Positions 12,127 to 24,600 of a DNA stretch of 64,000 nt are shown piece after piece (position 1 is the stretch's first letter; every line of letters begins with the position of its first letter). The stretch is from Podarcis vaucheri. Taxonomy: Eukaryota. The stretch lies in NCBI GenBank assembly GCA_965113315.1, contig OZ220367.1; one strand, written 5' to 3'. The translations under genes and the position numbers were made by a program. The notes beneath the pieces were generated by a model that was not told the DNA's origin, searched no databases, and saw only the letters and a list, made by a program, of their open reading frames with translations.

Positions 12127-12390
12127 AATAAAAAGGGTGGGGGGGAGAGTCGCAGCACAGGGACAGCTGGAGCGCCTCGCAATTTGCAAAGAATCACGAT
12201 CGTTAAAAGACTAGCACGCCTCAATATAAACAGAGAGCGGTGCTGGATGTTAAACACAAAACCTATACACACACACACACACACACAAATGCACGCTGAA
12301 AGGTAAGAGAAGAAACGGGCGAAGAAGGTGCGTGGGATGTAGGCTAAAGCCATCAGCGTGTAGGTGGCCAGGATCCTTCCTTCCCAACCC

Positions 12391-12392
<2 letters not shown>

Positions 12393-12428
<36 letters not shown>
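12393..12428. repeat. (AC)n microsatellite
   Basis: Read directly from the sequence. Further (AC/GT)n tracts lie at about 12266, 27648, 33703, 59807 and 63643. Confidence 0.95.
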
Positions 12429-12430
<2 letters not shown>

Positions 12431-15400
12431 GCTCTCTCTTACAGCAATCTTTGGGGGGTGAACCGGGGAAGAAAGGGCCGTTCCGACAAGGTTCCGTGCG
12501 TTCTGGAAAGTGAATTGGCCAGGCTGCTTGACTTGGCTGCATTAAAATACACGCACACACGCGCGCGCGCGCACACACACACACGGTCTCTGGTTTAATT
12601 TTACGAGTCAAGCCCTGGAACGATTACAGGTGGTCTGCAAACTGCGCACAGGGTGATTAGTGCGTGTTGACCAACTGCAACGAAGCCCCGTTACGTTTGG
12701 GTAAAGGGCAACTCTTCGCCGGGTCCGCAGGGGCGCAGGCATGAAATGCAAACTTTCTAATAATATTCGTGGGGAAGGTGAACGCCGCCCAGAACAATAG
12801 CCGAGCCCGCCCATTCCCCCCCCCTCCAAAAGCACGTCCTGTTTTCTAATCCGCTCCTATTTTTATTTTTATTTATTTTTTAAAAAACACAAGAAACACA
12901 AGCCTCCAAAGTTACGCTCCTACTGATGAGGAGCAGAGAGGAAAAGAAACCCGCGCGGCGCTCTTTAGAATCCCAATCAATGCCTGGCAGTGCTTTCCAA
13001 GTGACGCGGTTTTTTTCCTCGCGTTTGCCTTTTAGCTCTTTTCCGGTAACAGGTTAGGAAAGGCAGATCACAGCATCTTTGAAACTTGGGTTTCGAGGAA
13101 TCGTTAGAGCTGTGTGCGTGTATTTTTGTGTGTGTGTGCGTGTGTGTGTTCAGAGAGGTAAAGGCAATGGGGAGATGAGCACTCAAAAGTGCTAGAACTG
13201 TAGGATTATTGGAGTTAAGAGTGAAATGGCTAATTACTTGTGAGATGGGAGACACACCACTGACAGCACGAGGTGAATTATTCCTGGAAATAAAGGGGGG
13301 GAGAAGAAAGAGATAGGGCGCAGGGTTTTCAAAAGGGCAGTTGCTTTTTCGCAAGGAGGAGACCTTCGGTATACTATAGACAAAGGGGTGTCCCGGATAC
13401 TCTTCTGCAGAGACGCAGCAGATCCCCTCCTCCGCCCCCCCCCGTCTGATTGTGTGTGTACATATGAGCCCAACAAGGGTATTGAATATATATATATATA
13501 AACCTTCCCCCATCTTGGGTGGGTTAGGACTTCCTTTTATGTGAATTGGCAGGGGTATGTACGTTAATATTTTAATTAATCGGTGAAAATCGAAGTCCGA
13601 TTTGTGTTACCAAGGGACCCCCGATCCCTCCTCAAAGGGTGAGGGGGGGTGCGCGGAAATATGTGTTAGAAAGCAATCTATTTTGCTGGTGTTGGGGGTT
13701 AATGACTATTGCTAAAGATAAGTGAATTATCAAAGCTGTTGCTCTACCCGATCTCAAAATCNNNNNNNNNNNNNNNNNNNNNNNNNNNNNNNNNNNNNNN
13801 NNNNNNNNNNNNNNNNNNNNNNNNNNNNNNNNNNNNNNNNNNNNNNNNNNNNNNNNNNNNNNNNNNNNNNNNNNNNNNNNNNNNNNNNNNNNNNNNNNNN
13901 NNNNNNNNNNNNNNNNNNNNNNNNNTCACGATAAATTAAAGGGGGGATCCTGACTCCATAATAATAATCAGTGGGTACTGTGGGGTAGATTGAAAGATGT
14001 CACACCTCTTCTGAGCTAGATTTGCAAGGAGAACTAAAGTTACAAAACAAGTTGGGGGGGGAGAAAAATAAATGTCTCATTTTCTTTTTCAGTCCGCTTT
14101 TCTGTGTGTTTTGTACAGTATATATAGACGATAAAAGCTTCTTGGAGTCATTATGGACAAAATACTATTGTCTCTCCCGGCTATCTCTTTTTTTAAAAGA
14201 TACTTTCCCACCGTGGGTCAAATATCTGATCAGGACCAATCTGATAAAAATATACCCGAAGAAGGTTAAAGTTGCTCCTTTTGCCTGCACTAACAAAAAG
14301 CACCATGCTTCAAACCATTTACAGTATCTTTAATTCAGATTACACGCGCCAAGGCGATTTAAATCTGATTACCAAATTAGATGGTTTTAAAACAAATCCT
14401 TTTAAATCTGATACTGTTGACTAAAGGGGGAGGGGGAGAAGGAGGGAGGTGTCTGCGTGTGTGAGAGGGGGGTGAAAGTTGCATAAGCCCCCCATCACAT
14501 AAGGTAACGACCCTGCCCCAGAAAGAAAGGGGAGTTTTAAACCTTTTTGACAACAAATGCAGCTGCCCCGCTATTTTGGACGATATTAAGCGAAAATGAA
14601 TGCAAATCTGTGTTCAGAAGCCATCTGGCCAGAAACGGGAGTCAGCTGCTCTTCACATCAGACTCTGAGGCTGAATCTATTTCAGCTCATTTTCTAGATC
14701 ATCTGGTCCTGCACCCAAAGCGTGGAAAATACGGTCTTTATCATTCACCAACTTTCTTTCTTTCTTTCTCCTTCCCCTTCTCTCTTTCACCTCTGGCTCC
14801 AAGCCATATTCGAGGAGCAAAGCGCAGAGATGGAAAGGGAAGGGGGGAAATTACTTCCTGGGTTTGGATCCTAAGTGTGTGTGTGTATGTACATCCGGCT
14901 CCTGTTTTTGTCTGCTTGCTTTCGAGCACCTCAAGCTCAAGTTTTCTACCCCGTCGAGGGGCAGGGAGCAAACACTCCGCCTTTGCCCCCCACCCCACCC
15001 CACCCCATCCCGGGGGTAGAGAGCAAAAGGACGGGGCGATTCCTCTTGTCCAAGGAGCGGGGGGAAAGAGTATCTGCTTAAGCAAGAGGCGGAGAGTTGT
15101 TTGCAAGAGCGTCCGCATAATACTTGGGGGAAATCAGTGTTTCCCTCATAAAAAGGGGGCTTCTCTTATCCCAAATATAAGGGGAGGAGGTGGCAGGGAG
15201 GGAGGTGGCCGGGGCGAGGCTGGCTGCGAGCCCCCGGCGAGGCGCTGTCCTGCCAAAGAAGGTGAAGTTCACCGGGACACAAAGCACCAGGGGGAAGCAG
15301 ACGATGCGCCCTTCTGCCGCGGATGGTGAAACTTTCCTTTTGAAACGTTTGCAACCTCGGGGAGGGCCAGGCAGGCCTGGTCACAACCTAAGCAGTGGGG

Positions 15401-17578
15401 AGGTGCTCGTCCTTAAATGAGAGAGCCCAGGAACTGACCAAGACTCAGCTGAGTTGGTAGCCCGGCCACAGCCAGGCAGGCAGCCGTCCCCTCCTCCTTC
15501 TCCACCCCCCCAAAAGTCTTGACCTTAGCAAAGTTAGTCATGCAGAATGTGCTGCGGATTTGAATGAGATTTGCATGTTGCAGCCAAGACCTCCCGAAGT
15601 AACGACCCTCCTCCTCCTCCTCCTCCTCGGAGTGTGTGAAGTGTTCCTTTTGTGTGAATTTACGGGGTGAGGCTTCAATGATCCCCCCACAAATTTGCAT
15701 TTAAATAGCGACATCAAGCGATTCGCGTGCCACACACCAGTGGGCTCCCAGATGTCAAGCCGAAGTCAGTCAGATGGCCATTGCCCAGCTGTCCTTCTAA
15801 ACATCATCATACCAGAGCATGCAGTGACCTTAAAGGGACAGAGCCCTGCCTGGGCTTTCAACCACCACCCAAGGCTCCTCTTTCTCCGCACCCCACCCCT
15901 TAAAAGGGTGGCGGGGGAGGGGGGAAGCCGGGTGTGAGGGGGAGGGAGAGGACACGTCCGATCTGGCCTTTCAACATGTTCCATTGTACAGCCCCCGTCT
16001 GTTAAAAGCCTGAGAAAAGGAATCGCAGAGTCTACCATAAATCATGTTTAAGATCTCAACCCTTCTCTCCCCCCCCTTTCTGTGTTCTCTAACAACACAC
16101 AGCATAATGACCCATAATCGCACACCTTACACGGATCCCACAGATTCAAATTGATAATTTGCCCGGCTTCGGAGTGCGCCCGTGTGTATACACGTATACG
16201 CGTGTTTGTGTGCGCACGCGCTTATACACACTTACTTACACACGCGCGCACAATTGCACGCACACACGCACGCACACTTGCGCGCTCTCTCTCTCTCCTT
16301 TGGGATGATTCTCCCGAGACTATTATCGCAAACACTTCACTTATTATCTCCCTGCCACCACCCTGAATAAGAAAGAACTGTTACACCTCAGTGGTTCAAA
16401 CCTTCCCAATTTTCCCACGTGTATTCCCTGTTTATTTTGCCTGGTGCTCAAGTTCCACGCTGCTCGTCGTACCCCCTCTACTCCCCCCCCACTCCAATTT
16501 GGTGTGTTTATGCGCGCCTGAGTGCAAGTTTCCACTTTTGCCAAAGAAACTTTGGAGGGAGGAAAAGTTCAGAGAGAAGGAACGGTGCCATCAGCTTGCG
16601 GTCACGCCAGCCACCATGCGCGCGCGCTCGCTCTCGTGTTTAATTTTCACCCTTCTGTCCATTCTTATTATTCGAACGAGTATTATTTTATTTCGGATGG
16701 CCAAGCGAAGAATCGAAGCCAACTTGCCAACACCCATATTTCATTTTTAGTGTTTTTCAGGCGCCATTGATTAAGGACGTGTTCGGTTCCACTCGGAGTA
16801 ATTTATGCCCGGCTTCACCGAAACAAATCTCAGCAAACTCTTGTTTCTTCGCTTCTCGAAGAGCCGCACATTTGTAGTTCAGCTATTTGTTTAAACTTGG
16901 CAAGGCTCTCCCAGAACAATTTGGGTTGGGAGTGTGTGTGTGTTGCGGGAGAGACACTGGGGGTGCCAAGGGTCGACTAATTTCCCAGGTCGGTGGCTAG
17001 TATTTCGGGGCGCCGTGCGCGCCCCTCGGAGGTCCTGACTCCGGATTGTGCTGCTCTTACAGCAAGATTCGTAGGGTAAACGCGATTTGGGCGCGCGCCT
17101 GGGATGTGCCGAAGGCTTCCGCCAGCATAACTAACTGGGCATTGGTGGTGGGGTTTTTTGTTTTGGGGTTTTTTTTGTTTTTTTGTTTAGAGAGAAGCTT
17201 GCTCTAGAGACTCCTTGAAAGATCCTTCCCCTGCCAAGGCCGGCACTTTGGGGTCAGTGCAGAGGGATTTGGGCCAGGGGACCTAATTCCACAGCATCCA
17301 GCTCTGGCTCCAAGCCGCCCTGTCCTCTTTTTGCTACTGCAGCAGCAGCAGCAGCGGCAGATCAGAGGTTGGCGGCGGCCCCTCTTTCCGGTGTCTGTCC
17401 AGCTGAGAGGCAGGCGAGCCCAGGGACCTGGACCTGGAAGGAATTGGACCGCCCTCCTCGCCTGGACTTTGATTCCCTCCCGAATCTAATCCACCACCGT
17501 TTCCTTCTCCAAACAGATTCCAAGCACGCCAGCCCAAAAGGGCAAAGTTACAGCGGCGAGTGGCAGTGTAGGAATTGG

Positions 17579-17581
<3 letters not shown>

Positions 17582-17642
<61 letters not shown>
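17582..17642. repeat. (TC)n microsatellite, about 30 units
   Basis: Read directly from the sequence. Confidence 0.98.
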
Positions 17643-17645
<3 letters not shown>

Positions 17646-18061
17646 ACACACACACGCCTGTGCAAAGCCACCTGCCAGGCTCTGGTGCAGAGTTCGCTTC
17701 TGGCTCCGGAGCGAGACTCCGGACAGGCACGTGTGAACGTCAGCACGGTCTTGGGAATGCCCCGCTTCGCCTTCCTAGCCCACCCATACAAAACCAGGCA
17801 AAATATGGTATTGAGCTTCGATTGGCTTCATTCAGGTTAGCATTCACACCTGCCAAGCGCAAGGCGGGTGCTATGTATACCAAACAAACACACAGCAAGT
17901 TGGGGGGGGGGATCTTAACTAGCTCTGTTCAAACCGGCGTGGGGAGAGGAAACCACGTTTAAGCTTTTTCTTCGTAGTGTCTTAAGGAGGTGAGGCGGAC
18001 AATAACGCGCTGGTTAACTGGAGCAAAACGTAAGTTTTGTAGCAACAAGGTTTTTTCCCCT

Positions 18062-18104
<43 letters not shown>

Positions 18105-21100
18105 TTCTGTGAACGAGCTGCTTTGATGATTTCCTTTCTCATCCCCGCCTACCTCCTTTTGGTTAGATTGCAAAGACTGGGGATAGTGCGGGGCGGGCGC
18201 GCTGAGAAAAGACCTTTTAACTCTATTATTAGGCGAGTTTCACGAAACACACATAGACCAAAATTTCCCTGAATAAAGAGATATAATTCTCTAAGTAAAG
18301 AAATTCTAGCGTCTCTTCGCCGCCCGGCGGTGGTGAAGTTTGACGAACAGCGCCTCCTTGGGTGGGGAGACGAGATTTTCAGCGCAAATAAGATTGAGAT
18401 CGTCAGTCGAGGGGACAAAAAGTAGCATCTCTCTCGCTCTCTGGCTCTCTCCCTCCCTTTCTACATTCCACGGTCTTATTGGGCTTCATTTGCCCCTCTT
18501 TTGAGTGGCAGTGGTGAGAAACAGCTTTCTCCACTTGGGAGGCTGCTCTGAAGTTTCTTAGGCCTCTCGGATCCGCTGAGTATAAACGCGACGTTTCAAA
18601 TTTAAGAGGAAGCGAGAGTTTTCTTTTCCCACCTTCCAACGAACTCCTTCCTAGCAGCGGTCCTTAGTTTGCAAGCAGGGCATCCGCCTTGGGAAACTAA
18701 ACGCGGGTGAAATGGCACCGAGATGGTTAGCCTGGAACAACCTTCCCAAGTAGACAAAAAACGGGGAAAAGGCGGGAGGGTGCCGCTACTTGAGAGTAAA
18801 GAGGCTCTCGGAGCAGGAGGGCAGCTCTGGCAACCGGAGGGGAAAAAGAGGGGAGGGGAAAACGGGGATTCCGGAGCGAAGGTAATAGTCAGTGTGGTAA
18901 GGAACCTCGGGAAGCGCGTTCAGCTGGAAGAAGAAACCAGGGGAACGTCCGTCACATTTGGGGCTTGGAAGAGTCTTCCTTTAGTTTAGAGGGACAGGAC
19001 AGGACGCTTCCGTGTCTGGGAAAGGATTGGGGAGCGGAGCGGAGAATACAGACCAGAAGCATTGATTTAAACTAAGCAAACCTCACGGAGAGAGAGGGAG
19101 AAAACGCACGTCAAATTGGAAGAACGTTGTTTGCCCGGAAGACTTTCTCTTTGCGATGAATGAATGAAGGCTGTAGGGGAAAGGGGGAAAAAAGAGCAAT
19201 CCAATATAGGGAGGGGAGAGAGGGCTGGCGGCGGCGGCGGCGGCGTGGGGGATTGTTCCTGGAAGCAGGCAGGATCGGGCAAGGGAGGAAGTTTCGCAGC
19301 TTTTTAGGGGTCGAGAAAGCGCATCGTTTCCTAAAGACCTCCAGCGGTTCCAGGAAAAGCAAAGCCAGAGAGTTCGTCGGCATTTATTTAAATGGCCCTT
19401 TGTTGTCCTCTCCCTTTCCCTGCGCCGCCGGGCCTGTGTTTATTCGTAAACAAACAAAAGAAAAAACAAACAAAACGCCACCTCCCTTCCCTGCAAAGAA
19501 GTTTGCGAGCCGACCCGTCTTCATTATCCTACCATCAAAATCTCCACCGACTCCGACTGAACAAACAAGGATCGANNNNNNNNNNNNNNNNNNNNNNNNN
19601 NNNNNNNNNNNNNNNNNNNNNNNNNNNNNNNNNNNNNNNNNNNNNNNNNNNNNNNNNNNNNNNNNNNNNNNNNNNNNNNNNNNNNNNNNNNNNNNNNNNN
19701 NNNNNNNNNNNNNNNNNNNNNNNNNNNNNNNNNNNNNNNNNNNNNNNNNNNNNNNNNNNNNNNNNNNNNNNNNNNNNNNNNNNNNNNNNNNNNNNNNNNN
19801 NNNNNNNNNNNNNNNNNNNTTTTTATTACGCAGTAGTTAGAAAATGCAGATTACAGCCTAACAAGACCTCGCCTGAATAATAGAGAGTTTAACTCTTTCC
19901 TGCTCTTTCCTGAGTCTAACCTCATGTGCTTGGGGAACCGGTGCACGCACGCGCGCGCCCCCTTGTCCTGCCAAAGACCAGAGCTGGGTGGGACTCCGGG
20001 CACATTTCCTTCAAAAACACGGTGCGCTCTTGAAGGCGATTTCGCCTAATTTGGGAGCGGGGAGGGTGCGACACCTCCAGTTCCCAGATATTTCCAAGAT
20101 TGCAGAGAGGATATAATGCTCCAGAGCCGACTGGCACAATTTTTCGGCGACTTCCTTTTCCCGATCGAGCGTAAAGGAAGTGGAGCATTTGGATAGAGGA
20201 TCCTCCAGCAGCAGTTCAACTGCGCTGAGAGACCCGGCCACGCTCAGATACTCCCAGGGCCAAGGAGACTCTCTAACGTGTCCCCCACCCCACCCCGCAA
20301 TCTTGCAAAGCAGTGGAGAAACAAGGACCCTCCATTCTCTCGGGGCTTCTCTCTCTCTCTCTCCCTAGCCCACGATTGCGCATCCTTTTCAATAATTAAA
20401 GCCTTAAAAGCTGGTCCACCACCGAGCAAAGTTACATGACAGACTTCCCCGGACCAGCCTATTAAGAGAGGCTTTTTGATGGCTCCTGGACAGTTTAGCT
20501 GGGCGAGATGTCATTTGTTTGTTGCACTGGGAGTTTCGATCTAACCCAAGAAGAGAGAATCGGGATAACAATAATAAACACGGAATGCTGTTAGTCTTAA
20601 AAAGAGCACGGTTTATAAGCAAGAACACTTGCTTATTTCCCTCCCGCCGCCCCCGCTTCGTACATTGTGCCATGTTAATAAAGTCACTTAAAGTTGTTGC
20701 TAATTTAACTTTGGCATAAAAAAAAGGAGGAGGAAGAGGGAAGGGCATGCGTGCGAGTGTGTGTGTGTCGCACGCGGGTGATTTGCATTTTCTTTAGTAT
20801 ATTGAAATGAGGAGAGAACTGCTGGGCGGTTGGGCTGCCCAGAGCATAGCTAGGGGCCATGCAGAAATAAAAACAGAGAAAGAAAAGAAGAAAGAAAGAA
20901 ACGGGCTCCTCTTCTAGACTATTAATAAGCAATTTGTCCCGCTGAAATTTACATTGCAAAGGGGGGGGCGGAGGACGGGGGGGGGGGGAGAAGAACTGGC
21001 CGTCCGCGCGCATTTGTGCTGCTTTCAGCTGCGCCAGCGCTGTGCAAGCTGCCTTGGTGGATGAAAGGATGAACTGTCCCACACCGCCCCCTCCCCTCCC

Positions 21101-21584
21101 CCCCAAAAAGTGATTTATGGCAGATATTTAAACTTTCCTTCCTTATAACTGTTAGGGGCAAGATTTCTCTTGCGCGCGTTTAGCGTGGCTCTTGATTTGC
21201 ATATGCTTGATCAATCTCCTCTCTCCCTTTCAAGTGGGACACTTGGAATCCCCCCCCCCCACCGCACTCTCCTTTGAAACGCACAAGTACACACTTCAGC
21301 GGTTAGCCGAAGGGTTAATTTTAACTCCGCTCTTCACCCTGAAAATTGCGGCTTGTTGTCTTTCAAAGCTTATTTAGGTCTGAGAAACAATCGCAGATTG
21401 TGTTGGGTAAACAACAAGTGCTGGGATTCATCCCCTCTTCCACACCCACACCCACCCACACCCCCCACACTCCCTTCCTCGCAACCCAAATTTCCCTTTG
21501 GCTTTAAGGGGGGGGGAGAGGAGAAAAGGGGGAGAGAATTTTTTAAAAAAGAAAAGTTTGTAAAGGTTGAATAGCGGGTGCAGT

Positions 21585-21601
21585 CTGCCACCTAGAGGAC
21601 A
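21585..21601 (-). promoter_or_regulatory. CTCF-binding motif candidate
   Basis: Minus-strand TGTCCTCTAGGTGGCAG matches the CTCF core CCRSYAGRKGGCRS with one deviation. Confidence 0.55.
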
Positions 21602-24600
21602 CTTTGCGTTTCCATGGCAAATCCCTGGCGTTTGCTCATATTAGATCCTTCTTTAGATCTTGATTGCTGTTTAAGTCACTTATCAAAATTACCCAGCTAT
21701 TTCTCCGTGCCATTTTGCTTATGAAACATTGATTGCTTTGTTATTTGAACTTTTAAGAGCGCAGTATTAAAGAAAAAGAAAAGAAAGGCGCACAAAACAA
21801 CTTCAACACTTTCCGCACAAGAAAATCGTTGCCATTTTTAGACATTAGATTAAAAGGTATGAAATGTAAAAATAATACAATTTGATTTGTTAGTCTAACT
21901 GCGATTTGAGAGTTGATGTCCCCAAAGGCCAGGCGAGCTTTTTCTCTTTATTTATTTTTATTAAAACATCAATCTACTGTGGAGCTGGGTGAACTCAGTT
22001 TCACCTAGAGAACATAAAATTCTCCATACCAAGGAAATAAGCACCTTTCATAAATCAACAGTATTCCTGACAGATCGATCAATTTTTGGTTGTTAATCCG
22101 AAAGGAGGAGTTTTAATTGCTTCCACCGTGTTTTTTCAGTTCAAGCACCTTTGGCGTTGCCAGACCCTTAAAAGTGCTTCACTCTGGCGCTATAATTTGG
22201 ATGGAAAACAAAGTTACACCTTTCAAGCCAAATCACCTTCCCAACTCCCCCGAAACAACACGAGCAGCGCCAACATTCCTTTCCGGATCCCAACAGGGGT
22301 ACCGAAACGACAACACAAAACAGAACTTTCTGACAACCTTCCAACAAACAGGGGCGCGGGCGCGCACGCAGGCACACACAGATATACACAAGCCCGCAAG
22401 TAATCCACCCGAAGTTACACGGAGGAGCACCCCACACGGTGCGTAAAAGGACAAAACCGCTGGCTGAGTGGCAAGAGGAGCTTCTGTCAAGCAGTGGCTT
22501 AGGACGCCTCTTGTCCTCAGACCCCTTTGATGCATGGAGCCAATTGCGGATCAAGTGAAATTGACAGCAACATCAGGCGCGCTGCCCTGCCTGATCAATC
22601 TGCCCCCTCGCCTAATTGGAGTCAGCGCAAGAGCAGCAAGGAAGCGAGAGTGGCTTTCTTTCTTTCCTTTCTCCCTCCTCCCTTGTGCCGAGTTACCAAC
22701 GCAGCTGCACCATCCCCTCCATCCCTCGGGCAACTTTGTCTCTTTCCAGAATCAGGACCACACAGACACCTGAGACTGGAGGACCCCCTCGGAGAGAAAG
22801 GAAAGGGAGGAAGAGAAAGAGAAGTGAGGGGGGGAGCAAGCAAGCAAGCGAGCGCAATGCTGGTAGTAATGGGACTCGCAAAACCCAATCGCTTACCTTT
22901 CACGGCTAATTAGGCAATAGACAGGTTTGTTTGGGTTCACAAAGGATGCTAGGAGTGTTTATTGTGGACGGAAAGCTAGACTTGAGGAGTGTGTGTGATC
23001 TGGGCTATTTAATACATTACTTACCCGACGACAATCTCAGGAAAGCTCTACGGGGCAAAGGGATGTGAGAGAGCGCAGCAGTGCGCAAGCGCCCCCTCCC
23101 CGGTTGAAACGGGAGGGAGGGGGAGCGACAAGCGAATGGGGCTTGGGGGAGGAGGAGGAGGAGGGAGGCTGGATGGAGGGGAGACCGGAGTTGGGGGGGG
23201 GGGCAAAACGAGCAACAGTCTTGAAGAAAGTTTGGTGGGAGAGAGAGCTTGTCCTGTTGGAAGGCGCAAACCAGCAGTCAGGCAGCGGGCGAAAGGGATG
23301 GGAAGAGGCAGGCAGAGCGCGGCTGCGTCCTCGGATGTGGGTCGCTCCCCTCGAGAGGCCACCTCGGGCAAAGGCGGGGAGTCGCACTTCGCAGAGGTGG
23401 CATCTCCAAGCCCTTGGCGGCTGGCCAGAGGGGGAAGAAGAGGCGGCGGCCGAGGAGCCCCGGAGGAGGCTCTCTGCCGAGGGCGCCGCCGAGCCAAGCT
23501 GGGTTTAACACCTTTTCACCAAAGGGTCGTGCGCGCCCTGACAACCCGGGTGGCCAAAGGGTCGGGATTTCCCTCTTGCTCTGCTTCTCTAGACAGGAGT
23601 CCAGCTTCTCGGCCAGATCAGTGACTGCATGCGGCATGACTAGCTTTGGGGGGGACGGGTGGGCGCGGGGTCCCCCTCTTTCCCTGGATGCGTGAATCTG
23701 GAGAAGGGGGCTTGGGACTGTGGCGTCGAAGCTGCTTTGGGAAGCCTCGGTGGGAAAGGGCGGCCACGACTTGGCCTTATTCTAGGCTCCTTTTAATTGA
23801 GGGCGGGAGGAAGGGAGAGAAAAGCAGTCTTGTTTTAGCGAAAGTCACCGCAAAACCTTCACCCCGCGCTTTTCTCTTGACACCCAACTCCTCAGTCCAG
23901 AAGACGTCTCTCTCCCATGCCTCCCTCCTCCCCTCCTCTTCAGATGTTCACTAATACAACTCACGTTTCCTTCCCGTTTGGGTGCTTGTTTGTTTTGCGC
24001 CCAGGTTAATAATAATAATAGTAGTAGTAATTAATTTAACCATTAAAAACCAGGCACATCTTCCTCCCGCTTTCCCACGGCTTGGCCACTCACCCCGATC
24101 ACTATGAGTGGAAACTTAACCTCGGGTTTTCTACACAAGTGGGAGACGCGTCCAAACACGGGAATCGCCCTGAAAGCGAGGAGGGCGAGCGCACACGCGT
24201 GCCAACGTGCCACCTTCCCGGGAGAAATAGTATGCGTGTCCCCAAACCACAGCAACCTAAGAATACAACAGTTGGGATCGCGGCACGTTTCCCTTCACGC
24301 CTGCACCTGAAGACGCTCGGGCGCAGAGGGGGAAAGACCGTGCGATGAGCCCCCAAAGCGGGCTGCCTTCGGGTGCCCCCCTCCGTTTCCAGCTGTCAGG
24401 CGCTTTACGCTAGAGAGGCTGCTGGCGGCGCTGGTTTTTTCTTGCCCTGCGCCAGCAACTGGTGGGATCTGGCCAGATCTGGCAACCTAGGCGTTTTTTA
24501 AAAAAACAAACACACAAACAGTGCCCATCCACGTAGGTCATCCTCTAAGGAGGGGGGGGGGCAAGAAGGGGAGACAGTTCACGCCGGTAACAAAACGTTC

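Noticed and set aside
14547-15329. 260-aa plus-strand ORF
   Set aside because: No family resemblance and composition follows simple G/C and T tracts.
22527-23954. Many stacked ORFs in several frames
   Set aside because: Typical artefact of a CpG island, with translations dominated by poly-G/P/R/E.
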